The position numbers were made by a program, and so were the translations under genes. Of a stretch of DNA of 64,000 bases, positions 11,083 through 23,800 are shown one piece after another. Each line of letters begins with the position of its first letter. Positions within the stretch are counted from its first letter, which is position 1. The stretch is from Azolla caroliniana (taxonomy: Eukaryota; Plantae; Polypodiophyta). Under the pieces are notes generated by a model. That model was not told the origin of the DNA, ran no database searches, and saw only the letters and a list, made by a program, of their open reading frames with translations. The stretch spans positions 3,162,001 through 3,226,000 of the forward strand of contig JBHGNT010000011.1 of the NCBI GenBank assembly GCA_043228905.1, in the 5' to 3' direction.

Positions 11083-14000
11083 ATGGAAGGCGGCAGCAGC
11101 AAGCAGCCGGGGATGATGGTGCTGAATGCGCAGAACTACGCCGACTGGAAGATAAAGATGGAGGATCTGCTCATTGTTCGGGACCTGTATGAACCGATCG
11201 ACAGGTCGGAAATACCCAAGGGGGTACTTGAGACGGAGTGGAGGCTTCTGAACCGGAAAGCCGTTGCAACCATTCGGCAATACGTCGACGTGAGCGTTCT
11301 ACAACACGTGGCGAACGACACCAACGCATATGAGATGTGGAGGAAGCTGTCGGGCCTCTACGAGAGGAAGAATGCGTTGAACCGGACCTCCCTGATGAGA
11401 AAGATAGTGAACCTCAAGTACCGGGACGGCGAGAGTATGGTGGAACACGTAAGCACGTTCATGGGATTCGTGAACCAGCTTGCGGCGATCAAGTTCCCAT
11501 TGGAGGATGCAATGCAAGCCATCATCCTGATGTGTACATTGCCGGACAGCTGGGAGAACTTGGTGGTGACTCTCAGCACCTCCTGCACCGAAGATAACTT
11601 GTCCCTACAAACGGTAAAGACAAGTATTTTGAACGAAGAAGCGCGTCGGAGAGATAAAGAACCGGTTTCTGATCAGAAGATGCTGCTTACCGAATCGGAT
11701 CGGGGAAGACAATGGAACCGGAGTCCGCAAAGACGGGAGAAGTCGGGGACCCGGTCGCAGTCAAGAGGAAGGCCAACATGCTTCCACTGTGGGAAGCCGG
11801 GGCACTTCCGGAAGAATTGTCGGCATTACCGAAAGGACAACGGAGCCGACGACACCGATTCGAAGAAGTCACCGGAGAGAAACGGTGCATACCGGGGAGC
11901 CACGGACCGGAGAGGTCCGGATCGGCGAGGGCAGGACCAGAAAGGAACGACGGCACTCGCGGCAAGTGAAGAAGAGATAATGCTTATTACCGAAGAGAGG
12001 GAGCTGAACCTTGCCGGTGTAGAGATGACCTGGGTGGTCGATTCCGGAGCGTTGTTCCACCTGACCCCGGAGAAGAAATACTTCTCATCCTACACAGCCG
12101 GTGAGCACGGCTGTGTCCGGATGGGAAATGAAGGCACATGCCGGATTGCCGGCATAGGAGACGTGTGGCTGTTGACATCAACCAGATGCAAGATGCTGTT
12201 GAAGGATGTGCGACACGTTCCGGAGGTCAGATTGAACCTGATCTCGGCCGGGAGGCTAGATGATGAAGGCTACACGGGTAGCATCCGGAACGGTGTCATG
12301 AAGTTCAGCAAGGGGAGCCTGATAGTGGCTCGGGCCCGGAAGGTCAACACCCTGTACCTGATGAATTCCCGGCTATGTCCGGAGGAGCTGAACGTGGCAG
12401 CCGACACTGCCGGTGAGCTGTGGCACAAGAGACTGTGCCACATGAGCGAGAAGGGGATGAAGAGGCTTGCAGAAGACAACCTCATTCCAGTGAAGCATGT
12501 GCATCTGGAGAAGTGCACCGATTGCCTGGCCGGTAAGCAGAACCGAACCTCCTTCCACTCAAGGCCACCGACGAGACGTAGCGCACCATTGGAGTTGGTG
12601 CACACTGATGTGTGTCAGGTAGAAACGAAGTCACATGGCGGAGCCCAGTACTTCGTGACTTTCATTGATGATCACAGCCGGAAGCTGTGGACGGCGCCGT
12701 TGAAGACAAAGGACCAAGTGTTGTCCGTCTTCAAAGAACTCCACGCGAGAGTGGAAAGAGAATCCGGCAAGAAGCTGAAATCGATACGAGCGGATAACGG
12801 AGGGGAATACCGGGGGCAGTTCCAGGAGTACTGTCGCTCGAAGGGAATCCGGCTCGAGTTTACTGTGCCGAAGACGCCAGAACTAAACGGGCTGGCCGAG
12901 AGGATGAACCGGACCATAATGGAGAGGGTCCGGAGTATGCTGGCGCATGCGAAATTACCCAAGGGGTTTTGGGCTGAGGCAATGTCGACGGCGACATACG
13001 TGATAAACAGCTCACCCTCAGTACCTTTGGACGGAGACACGCCGCAAAAAGTGTGGACCGGTAAGGAAGTGTCCTACCGGCATCTGAAGGTGTTCGGGTG
13101 TCTCGCATACGTGCATGTGGCAAAGGACCGGAGAGGAAAGCTAGATCCAAAGACCCGGCCATGCATATTCCTCGGTTACGGCGACGACGAGTTCGGCTAC
13201 CGAGTATGGGACCCGGTCGACAAGAAGATATTCAGGAGTCGAGACATCATCTTCATGGAGGACAAGACACTCGCCGACTGGGAGTCGGAGAAGAAGATGA
13301 AGAGCTCCAAGTCGACCGGTGAGGATCAACTCTACGAGGAGCAGTCCCGACCGGCAAGGGACCGGTTAACACTCAAGGATCCGGCCGAAGACTATGAAGA
13401 AACAGAACCGGCCGAAGAAGATGAAAATGATACCGGAACCGGCCCCGATCCCGAAATGGATTCAGATGAAGAAGAATCGGAAGAACCGGTTACCGAAGCT
13501 CCGGAACGGAGATATCCTCTAAGAGAGAGAAGGGCCCCCCGGAGATTTCCGGAACCAGAGCACGTGTTGCTAACCGACGAAGGGGAGCCGGAGAGCTTTG
13601 AAGAAGCAAAGCATGACACCCAGAGCCGCAGGTGGTTGAGTGCCATGCAGGACGAGATGGATTCCCTGCATGAGAACCACACATATGAACTTGTGGAGTT
13701 GCCGAAAGGAAAGCGGGCACTTCGAAACAAGTGGGTGTTCAAGCTGAAACCGGGAGATGCCGGAAACCCCCCGAGATACAAAGCCAGGATCGTGGTGAAG
13801 GGGTTTCAGCAGAAGAAGGGCGTCGACTTCGACGAGATATTCGCCCCGGTAGTGAAGATGACCTCCATCCGGACGGTGCTGAGCATAGCGGCAAGCATGG
13901 ACCTCGAGGTAGAACAGATGGACGTGAAGACGGCATTCCTTCACGGTGACCTCGAAGAAGAGATCTACATGCAGCAACCGGAAGGATTCGAGAAGAAAGG

Positions 14001-14991
14001 GAAGGAGCACCTGGTATGTCGGTTGAAGAAGAGCCTTTACGGACTGAAGCAGGCTCCCCGGCAATGGTACCGGAAGTTCGACTCCTTCATGAACGACGAA
14101 GGGTACCACAAAACGCAGTCTGATCACTGCGTGTTTGTGAAGAAGTTCGAAGGAGGAGACTCTCTAATACTCCTCCTGTACGTGGACGACATGTTGATCG
14201 TCGGACGGGACCAGGTCAAGATACGGACGCTGAAGAAAGCGCTTCACCGAACCTTCTCAATGAAGGACCTGGGTCCGGCGAGGCAAATATTAGGGATGCA
14301 CATCATCTGGGACCGGAAGAAGAAGCAGTTGTGGCTGTCACAGGAGAAGTACGTGACAAAGGTGCTTCACCGGTTCAACATGTCGGAAGCAAGACCGGTC
14401 GGGTCAACCCTCCCGGGAAACTGCAAGTTGTCCAGCAAGCAAAGCCCCAAGACAAAGGCTGAGAAGGAGGACATGATGAAAGTACCATATGCCTCTGCCG
14501 TCGGAAGCTTAATGTACGCAATGGTGTGTACAAGACCGGACATAGGATATGCAGTTGGAGTGGTGAGCCGGTACATGAGCAATCCCGGCAAAGAGCACTG
14601 GAACGCGGTCAAGTGGATACTCCGATACCTGAAGGGCACGGCAAACGTGTGCCTCCGATTCGGCTCCGGTAAGCCCGAATTCGACGGCTTTACCGATTCG
14701 GATATGTCGGCTGATGCAGATACCAGCCGGTCCACATCAGGGTATGTGATGACGTATGCAGGTGGAGCTGTTTCGTGGCAGTCGAGGCTGCAGAAGACGG
14801 TTGCGTTGTCAACCACGGAGGCGGAGTACATGGCGGCTGTTGAAGCCGGCAAGGAAATAATATGGATGAAGGACTTCATTAGAGAGCTCGGTATCCATCA
14901 GGAGGAGTACCGACTCTACTGCGACAGTCAGAGTGCCATCCACCTTGCGAAGAACGCGGCTTATCACTCCCGGACGAAGCACATCCAGTGA
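11083..14991 (+). CDS. Copia A gag-pol polyprotein (gag, CCHC knuckle, protease, integrase, RT, RNase H); the frame continues 54 codons past the TGA to 15156
   Basis: Single open frame with CFHCGKPGHFRKNC, WVVDSGA, VHTDVC, ADNGGEY, LYVDDML and FTDSD; first ATG after the PBS is at 11083. Confidence 0.95.
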   Translation: MEGGSSKQPGMMVLNAQNYADWKIKMEDLLIVRDLYEPIDRSEIPKGVLETEWRLLNRKAVATIRQYVDVSVLQHVANDTNAYEMWRKLSGLYERKNALNRTSLMRKIVNLKYRDGESMVEHVSTFMGFVNQLAAIKFPLEDAMQAIILMCTLPDSWENLVVTLSTSCTEDNLSLQTVKTSILNEEARRRDKEPVSDQKMLLTESDRGRQWNRSPQRREKSGTRSQSRGRPTCFHCGKPGHFRKNCRHYRKDNGADDTDSKKSPERNGAYRGATDRRGPDRRGQDQKGTTALAASEEEIMLITEERELNLAGVEMTWVVDSGALFHLTPEKKYFSSYTAGEHGCVRMGNEGTCRIAGIGDVWLLTSTRCKMLLKDVRHVPEVRLNLISAGRLDDEGYTGSIRNGVMKFSKGSLIVARARKVNTLYLMNSRLCPEELNVAADTAGELWHKRLCHMSEKGMKRLAEDNLIPVKHVHLEKCTDCLAGKQNRTSFHSRPPTRRSAPLELVHTDVCQVETKSHGGAQYFVTFIDDHSRKLWTAPLKTKDQVLSVFKELHARVERESGKKLKSIRADNGGEYRGQFQEYCRSKGIRLEFTVPKTPELNGLAERMNRTIMERVRSMLAHAKLPKGFWAEAMSTATYVINSSPSVPLDGDTPQKVWTGKEVSYRHLKVFGCLAYVHVAKDRRGKLDPKTRPCIFLGYGDDEFGYRVWDPVDKKIFRSRDIIFMEDKTLADWESEKKMKSSKSTGEDQLYEEQSRPARDRLTLKDPAEDYEETEPAEEDENDTGTGPDPEMDSDEEESEEPVTEAPERRYPLRERRAPRRFPEPEHVLLTDEGEPESFEEAKHDTQSRRWLSAMQDEMDSLHENHTYELVELPKGKRALRNKWVFKLKPGDAGNPPRYKARIVVKGFQQKKGVDFDEIFAPVVKMTSIRTVLSIAASMDLEVEQMDVKTAFLHGDLEEEIYMQQPEGFEKKGKEHLVCRLKKSLYGLKQAPRQWYRKFDSFMNDEGYHKTQSDHCVFVKKFEGGDSLILLLYVDDMLIVGRDQVKIRTLKKALHRTFSMKDLGPARQILGMHIIWDRKKKQLWLSQEKYVTKVLHRFNMSEARPVGSTLPGNCKLSSKQSPKTKAEKEDMMKVPYASAVGSLMYAMVCTRPDIGYAVGVVSRYMSNPGKEHWNAVKWILRYLKGTANVCLRFGSGKPEFDGFTDSDMSADADTSRSTSGYVMTYAGGAVSWQSRLQKTVALSTTEAEYMAAVEAGKEIIWMKDFIRELGIHQEEYRLYCDSQSAIHLAKNAAYHSRTKHIQ

Positions 14992-15955
14992 AGATATCAC
15001 TGGATCCGGGAAAGGATAGAAGACAAGGAGTTCGTGCTGACGAAGGTCCACACGGACGAGAACGGGTCGGATATGCTGACCAAGGTGCTCACACCCGACA
15101 AGCTGGAAGCATGCCGGAAGAGGATCGGACTGGAGAGACATCCCATGCCGAAGTGAAGGGGGAGTTTGTTGGGATTTCGGTCCCTCCGGATGGGATGCCC
15201 GGAGATGAATGACGGCAAGCCCGGTTGCGGTTACGGAGCCGGATGATGAAGACCCTGGCTACGGAGCCGGATGATGAAGATGTTGGGATTTCGGTCCCTC
15301 CGGATGGGATGTCCGGAGATGAATGACGGCAAGCCCGGTTGCGGTTACGGAGCCGGATGATGAAGACCCCGGTTACGGAACCGGATGATGAAGACCCCGG
15401 TTACGGAGCCGGATGATGAAGACCCCGGTTACGGAACCGGATGATGAAGACCCCGGTTACGGAACCGGATGATGAATGTACCCGGAGAGAGATCCGGATG
15501 CGGAGACATATTTGTGAATATGTTTGCCAAGAGCCCTTGAGGCTATATTTGTAAATAGCCCGAAAGTCATATGTGTATAAATATGACTTAGGGCAAACAG
15601 TTTTATGTTGTTGCTTATTTTTCATGAGAAGCGAGAGCAGCCGAGAGAGAGAGTGAGAGACGAAGAGGTCGTTGCCTCTGTGTATTACCGCCGCCTGTGG
15701 CGAAGACAGTGAGCTCAAGGTTGTTGCCTTGTAGCTTCACCAGTGTACATCCCTGTTCATAGTGATAGTTGGAGTTTGAGGACTCCCGTGGTTTTTCCCA
15801 TTTAGGGTTTTCCACGTAAAACATCCAGTGTACCTTTCTCTCTATTGTTTTGTGCATTTTCTATTTCCTGTTTTCTGTGAGTTGATCCCATTCCTCGGTT
15901 GTGGCCGAGCACTGTTTTTCAACAAACTGGTATCAGAGCGACGGTAACACAGAAA

Positions 15956-18900
15956 ATGGAAGGCGGCGGTAGTGGGCCTCCGGGCATGATGGTGCTGAAC
16001 GCGCAGAACTACGCCGACTGGAAGATAAAGATGGAGGATCTGCTCATTGTTCGGGACCTGTATGAACCGATCGACAGGTCGGAAATACCCAAGGGGGTAC
16101 TTGAGACGGAGTGGAGGCTTCTGAACCGGAAAGCCGTTGCAACCATTCGGCAATACGTCGACGTGAGCGTTCTACAACACGTGGCGAACGACACCAACGC
16201 ATATGAGATGTGGAGGAAGCTGTCGGGCCTCTACGAGAGGAAGAATGCGTTGAACCGGACCTCCCTGATGAGAAAGATAGTGAACCTCAAGTACCGGGAC
16301 GGCGAAAGTATGGTGGAACACGTAAGCACGTTCATGGGATTCGTGAACCAGCTTGCGGCGATTAAGTTCCCGTTGGAGGATGCAATGCAAGCCATCATCC
16401 TGATGTGTACATTGCCGGAAAGCTGGGAGAACTTGGTGGTGACTCTCAGCACCTCCTGCACGGAAGATAACTTGTCCCTACAAACGGTAAAGACAAGTAT
16501 TTTGAACGAAGAAGCGCGTCGGAGAGATAAAGAACCGGTCTCCGACTCGAAGGCGCTGCTTACCGAATCGGATCGGGGAAGACAATGGCACCGGAGTCCG
16601 CAAAGACGAGAGAAGTCGGGGACCCGGTCGCAGTCAAGAGGAAGGCCCACATGCTTCCACTGTGGGAAGCCGGGGCACTTCCGGAAGAATTGTCGGCATT
16701 ACCGAAAGGACAACGGAGCCGACGACACCGATTCGAAGAAGTCACCGGAGAGAAACGGTGCATACCGGGGAGCCACAGACCGGAGAGGTCCGGATCGGCG
16801 AGGGCAGGACCAGAAAGGAACGACGGCACTCGCGGCAAGTGAAGAAGAGATAATGCTTATTACCGAAGAGAGGGAGCTGAACCTTGCCGGTGTAGAGATG
16901 ACCTGGGTGGTCGATTCCGGAGCGTTGTTCCACCTGACCCCGGAGAAGAAATACTTCTCATCCTACACAGCCGGTGAGCACGGCTGTGTCCGGATGGGAA
17001 ATGAAGGCACATGCCGGATTGCCGGCATAGGAGACGTGTGGCTGTTGACATCAACCAGATGCAAGATGCTGTTGAAGGATGTTCGACACGTTCCGGAGGT
17101 TCGATTGAACCTGATTTCGGCCGGGAGGCTAGACGATGAAGGCTACACGGGTAGCATCCGGAACGGTGTCATGAAGTTCAGCAAGGGGAGCCTGATAGTG
17201 GCTCGGGCCCGGAAGGTCAACACCCTGTACCTGATGAATTCCCGGCTATGTCCGGAGGAGCTGAACGTGGCAGCCGACACTGCCGGTGAGCTGTGGCACA
17301 AGAGACTGTGCCACATGAGCGAGAAGGGGATGAAGAGGCTTGCAGAAGACAACCTCATTCCAGTGAAGCATGTGCATCTGGAGAAGTGCACCGATTGCCT
17401 GGCCGGTAAGCAGAACCGAACCTCCTTCCACTCAAGGCCACCGACGAGACGTAGCGCACCATTGGAGTTGGTGCACACTGATGTGTGTCAGGTAGAAACG
17501 AAGTCACATGGCGGAGCCCAGTACTTCGTGACTTTCATTGATGATCACAGCCGGAAGCTGTGGACGGCGCCGTTGAAGACAAAGGACCAAGTGTTGTCCG
17601 TCTTCAAAGAACTCCACGCGAGAGTGGAAAGAGAATCCGGCAAGAAGCTGAAAGCGATACGAGCGGATAACGGAGGGGAATACCGGGGGCAGTTCTAGGA
17701 GTACTGTCGCTCGAAGGGAATCCGGCTCGAGTTTACTGTGCCGAAGACGCCGGAACTGAACGGGCTGGCCGAGAGGATGAACCGGACCATAATGGAGAGG
17801 GTCCGGAGTATGCTGGCGCATGCGAAATTACCCAAGGGGTTTTGGGCTGAGGCGATGTCGACGGCGACATACGTGATAAACAGATCACCCTCAGTACCTT
17901 TGGACGGAGACACGCCGCAGAGAGTGTGGACCGGTAGGGAAGTATCCTACCGGCATCTGAAGGTGTTCGGGTGTCTCGCATACGTGCATGTGGCAAAGGA
18001 CCGGAGAGGAAAGCTAGATCCAAAGACCCGGCCATGCATATTCCTCGGTTACGGTGACGACGAGTTCGGCTACCGAGTATGGGACCCGGTCGACAAGAAG
18101 ATATTCAGGAGTCGAGACATCATCTTCATGGAGGACAAGACACTCGCCGACTGGGAGTCGGAGAAGAAGATGAAGAGCTCAAAGTCGACCGGTGAGGATC
18201 AACTCTACGAGGAGCAGTCCCGACCGGCAAGGGACCGGTTAGCACTCGAGGATCCGGCCGAAGACGGTGAAGAAACAGAACCGGCCGAAGAAGATGAAAA
18301 TGATACCGGAACCGGCCCCGATCCCGAAATGGATTCCGATGAAGAAGAAGAATCGGAAGAACCGGTTACCGAAGCTCCCGAACGGAGATATCCTCTAAGA
18401 GAGAGAAGGGCCCCCCGGAGATTTCCGGAACCAGAGCACGTGCTGCTAACAGACGAGGGGGAGCCGGAAAGTTTTGAAGAAGCAAAACATGACACCCAGA
18501 GCCGCAGGTGGTCGAGTGCCATGCAGGACGAGATGGATTCCCTGCATGAGAATCACACATATGAACTTGTGGAGTTGCCGAAAGGAAAGCGGGCACTTCG
18601 AAACAAGTGGGTGTTCAAGCTGAAACCGGGAGATGCCGGAAACCCCCCGAGATACAAAGCCAGGATCGTGGTGAAGGGGTTTCAGCAAAAGAAGGGCGTC
18701 GACTTCGACGAGATATTTGCCCCGGTAGTAAAGATGACCTCCATCCGGACGGTGCTGAGCATAGCGGCAAGCATGGACCTCGAGGTAGAACAGATGGACG
18801 TGAAGACGGCATTCCTTCACGGCGACCTCGATGAAGAGATCTACATGCAGCAACCGGAAGGATTCGAGAAGAAAGGGAAGGAGCACCTGGTATGCCGGTT

Positions 18901-19867
18901 GAAGAAGAGCCTTTACGGACTGAAGCAGGCTCCCCGGCAATGGTACCGGAAGTTCGACTCCTTCATGACCGACGAAGGGTACCACAAAACGCAGTCTGAC
19001 CACTGCGTGTTTGTGAAGAAGTTCGAAGGAGGAGACTCTCTAATACTCCTCTTGTACGTGGACGACATGTTGATCGTCGGACGGGACCAGGTCAAGATAC
19101 GGATGCTGAAGAAGGCTCTTCACCGAACCTTCTCAATGAAGGACTTGGGTCCGGCGAGACAAATACTAGGGATGCACATCATCCGGGACCGGAGCAAGAA
19201 GCAGTTGTGGCTGTCACAGGAGAAGTACGTGACAAAGGTGATTCAACGGTTCAACATGTCGGAAGCAAGACCGGTCGGATCAACCCTCCCGGCAAACTGC
19301 AAGCTGTCCAGCAAGCAAAGCCCCAGGACAAAGGCTGAGAAAGAGGACATGATGAAAGTACCATATGCCTCTGTTGTCGGAAGCTTGATGTACGCAATGG
19401 TGTGTACAAGACCAGACATTGGATACGCAGTCGGAGTGGTGAGCCGGTACATGAGCAATCCCGGCAAAGAGCACTGGAACGCGGTCAAGTGGATACTCCG
19501 ATACCTGAAGGGCACGGCAAACGTGTGCCTCCGATTCGGCTCCGGTAAGCCCGAATTCGACGGCTTTACCGATTCGGATATGTCGGCTGATGCAGATACC
19601 AGCCGGTCCACATCAGGGTATGTGATGACGTATGCAGGTGGAGCTGTTTCGTGGCAGTCGAGGCTGCAGAAGACGGTTGCGTTGTCAACCACGGAGGCGG
19701 AGTACATGGCGGCTGTTGAAGCCGGCAAGGAAATAATATGGATGAAGGACTTCATTAGAGAGCTCGGTATCCATCAGGAGGAGTACCGACTCTACTGCGA
19801 CAGTCAGAGTGCCATCCACCTTGCGAAGAACGCGGCTTATCACTCCCGGACGAAGCACATCCAGTGA
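15956..19867 (+). pseudogene. Chimeric B/A gag-pol copy with a private CAG>TAG stop at 17696-17698
   Basis: ORFs 15899..17698 and 17738..19867 are in the same frame; sequence is B-type up to about 19432 and A-type from about 19474. Confidence 0.92.
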
Positions 19868-20831
19868 AGATATCACTGGATCCGGGAAAGGATAGAAGAC
19901 AAGGAGTTCGTGCTGACGAAGGTCCACACGGACGAGAACGGGTCGGATATGCTGACCAAGGTGCTCACACCCGACAAGCTGGAAGCATGCCGGAAGAGGA
20001 TCGGACTGGAGAGACATCCCATGCCGAAGTGAAGGGGGAGTTTGTTGGGATTTCGGTCCCTCCGGATGGGATGCCCGGAGATGAATGACGGCAAGCCCGG
20101 TTGCGGTTACGGAGCCGGATGATGAAGACCCTGGCTACGGAGCCGGATGATGAAGATGTTGGGATTTCGGTCCCTCCGGATGGGATGTCCGGAGATGAAT
20201 GACGGCAAGCCCGGTTGCGGTTACGGAGCCGGATGATGAAGACCCCGGTTACGGAACCGGATGATGAAGACCCCGGTTACGGAGCCGGATGATGAAGACC
20301 CCGGTTACGGAACCGGATGATGAAGACCCCGGTTACGGAACCGGATGATGAATGTACCCGGAGAGAGATCCGGATGCGGAGACATATTTGTGAATATGTT
20401 TGCCAAGAGCCCTTGAGGCTATATTTGTAAATAGCCCGAAAGTCATATGTGTATAAATATGACTTAGGGCAAACAGTTTTATGTTGTTGCTTATTTTTCA
20501 TGAGAAGCGAGAGCAGCCGAGAGAGAGAGTGAGAGACGAAGAGGTCGTTGCCTCTGTGTATTACCGCCGCCTGTGGCGAAGACAGTGAGCTCAAGGTTGT
20601 TGCCTTGTAGCTTCACCAGTGTACATCCCTGTTCATAGTGATAGTTGGAGTTTGAGGACTCCCGTGGTTTTTCCCATTTAGGGTTTTCCACGTAAAACAT
20701 CCAGTGTACCTTTCTCTCTATTGTTTTGTGCATTTTCTATTTCCTGTTTTCTGTGAGTTGATCCCATTCCTCGGTTGTGGCCGAGCACTGTTTTTCAACA
20801 AACTGGTATCAGAGCGACGGTAACACAGAAA

Positions 20832-23800
20832 ATGGAAGGCGGCGGTAGTGGGCCTCCGGGCATGATGGTGCTGAACGCGCAGAACTACGCCGACTGGAAG
20901 ATAAAGATGGAGGATCTGCTCATTGTTCGGGACCTGTATGAACCGATCGACAGGTCGGAAATACCCAAGGGGGTACTTGAGACGGAGTGGAGGCTTCTGA
21001 ACCGGAAAGCCGTTGCAACCATTCGGCAATACGTCGACGTGAGCGTTCTACAACACGTGGCGAACGACACCAACGCATATGAGATGTGGAGGAAGCTGTC
21101 GGGCCTCTACGAGAGGAAGAATGCGTTGAACCGGACCTCCCTGATGAGAAAGATAGTGAACCTCAAGTACCGGGACGGCGAAAGTATGGTGGAACACGTA
21201 AGCACGTTCATGGGATTCGTGAACCAGCTTGCGGCGATTAAGTTCCCGTTGGAGGATGCAATGCAAGCCATCATCCTGATGTGTACATTGCCGGAAAGCT
21301 GGGAGAACTTGGTGGTGACTCTCAGCACCTCCTGCACGGAAGATAACTTGTCCCTACAAACGGTAAAGACAAGTATTTTGAACGAAGAAGCGCGTCGGAG
21401 AGATAAAGAACCGGTCTCCGACTCGAAGGCGCTGCTTACCGAATCGGATCGGGGAAGACAATGGCACCGGAGTCCGCAAAGACGAGAGAAGTCGGGGACC
21501 CGGTCGCAGTCAAGAGGAAGGCCCACATGCTTCCACTGTGGGAAGCCGGGGCACTTCCGGAAGAATTGTCGGCATTACCGAAAGGACAACGGAGCCGACG
21601 ACACCGATTCGAAGAAGTCACCGGAGAGAAACGGTGCATACCGGGGAGCCACAGACCGGAGAGGTCCGGATCGGCGAGGGCAGGACCAGAAAGGAACGAC
21701 GGCACTCGCGGCAAGTGAAGAAGAGATAATGCTTATTACCGAAGAGAGGGAGCTGAACCTTGCCGGTGTAGAGATGACCTGGGTGGTCGATTCCGGAGCG
21801 TTGTTCCACCTGACCCCGGAGAAGAAATACTTCTCATCCTACACAGCCGGTGAGCACGGCTGTGTCCGGATGGGAAATGAAGGCACATGCCGGATTGCCG
21901 GCATAGGAGACGTGTGGCTGTTGACATCAACCAGATGCAAGATGCTGTTGAAGGATGTTCGACACGTTCCGGAGGTTCGATTGAACCTGATTTCGGCCGG
22001 GAGGCTAGACGATGAAGGCTACACGGGTAGCATCCGGAACGGTGTCATGAAGTTCAGCAAGGGGAGCCTGATAGTGGCTCGGGCCCGGAAGGTCAACACC
22101 CTGTACCTGATGAATTCCCGGCTATGTCCGGAGGAGCTGAACGTGGCAGCCGACACTGCCGGTGAGCTGTGGCACAAGAGACTGTGCCACATGAGCGAGA
22201 AGGGGATGAAGAGGCTTGCAGAAGACAACCTCATTCCAGTGAAGCATGTGCATCTGGAGAAGTGCACCGATTGCCTGGCCGGTAAGCAGAACCGAACCTC
22301 CTTCCACTCAAGGCCACCGACGAGACGTAGCGCACCATTGGAGTTGGTGCACACTGATGTGTGTCAGGTAGAAACGAAGTCACATGGCGGAGCCCAGTAC
22401 TTCGTGACTTTCATTGATGATCACAGCCGGAAGCTGTGGACGGCGCCGTTGAAGACAAAGGACCAAGTGTTGTCCGTCTTCAAAGAACTCCACGCGAGAG
22501 TGGAAAGAGAATCCGGCAAGAAGCTGAAAGCGATACGAGCGGATAACGGAGGGGAATACCGGGGGCAGTTCCAGGAGTACTGTCGCTCGAAGGGAATCCG
22601 GCTCGAGTTTACTGTGCCGAAGACGCCGGAACTGAACGGGCTGGCCGAGAGGATGAACCGGACCATAATGGAGAGGGTCCGGAGTATGCTGGCGCATGCG
22701 AAATTACCCAAGGGGTTTTGGGCTGAGGCGATGTCGACGGCGACATACGTGATAAACAGATCACCCTCAGTACCTTTGGACGGAGACACGCCGCAGAGAG
22801 TGTGGACCGGTAGGGAAGTATCCTACCGGCATCTGAAGGTGTTCGGGTGTCTCGCATACGTGCATGTGGCAAAGGACCGGAGAGGAAAGCTAGATCCAAA
22901 GACCCGGCCATGCATATTCCTCGGTTACGGTGACGACGAGTTCGGCTACCGAGTATGGGACCCGGTCGACAAGAAGATATTCAGGAGTCGAGACATCATC
23001 TTCATGGAGGACAAGACACTCGCCGACTGGGAGTCGGAGAAGAAGATGAAGAGCTCAAAGTCGACCGGTGAGGATCAACTCTACGAGGAGCAGTCCCGAC
23101 CGGCAAGGGACCGGTTAGCACTCGAGGATCCGGCCGAAGACGGTGAAGAAACAGAACCGGCCGAAGAAGATGAAAATGATACCGGAACCGGCCCCGATCC
23201 CGAAATGGATTCCGATGAAGAAGAAGAATCGGAAGAACCGGTTACCGAAGCTCCCGAACGGAGATATCCTCTAAGAGAGAGAAGGGCCCCCCGGAGATTT
23301 CCGGAACCAGAGCACGTGCTGCTAACAGACGAGGGGGAGCCGGAAAGTTTTGAAGAAGCAAAACATGACACCCAGAGCCGCAGGTGGTCGAGTGCCATGC
23401 AGGACGAGATGGATTCCCTGCATGAGAATCACACATATGAACTTGTGGAGTTGCCGAAAGGAAAGCGGGCACTTCGAAACAAGTGGGTGTTCAAGCTGAA
23501 ACCGGGAGATGCCGGAAACCCCCCGAGATACAAAGCCAGGATCGTGGTGAAGGGGTTTCAGCAAAAGAAGGGCGTCGACTTCGACGAGATATTTGCCCCG
23601 GTAGTAAAGATGACCTCCATCCGGACGGTGCTGAGCATAGCGGCAAGCATGGACCTCGAGGTAGAACAGATGGACGTGAAGACGGCATTCCTTCACGGCG
23701 ACCTCGATGAAGAGATCTACATGCAGCAACCGGAAGGATTCGAGAAGAAAGGGAAGGAGCACCTGGTATGCCGGTTGAAGAAGAGCCTTTACGGACTGAA

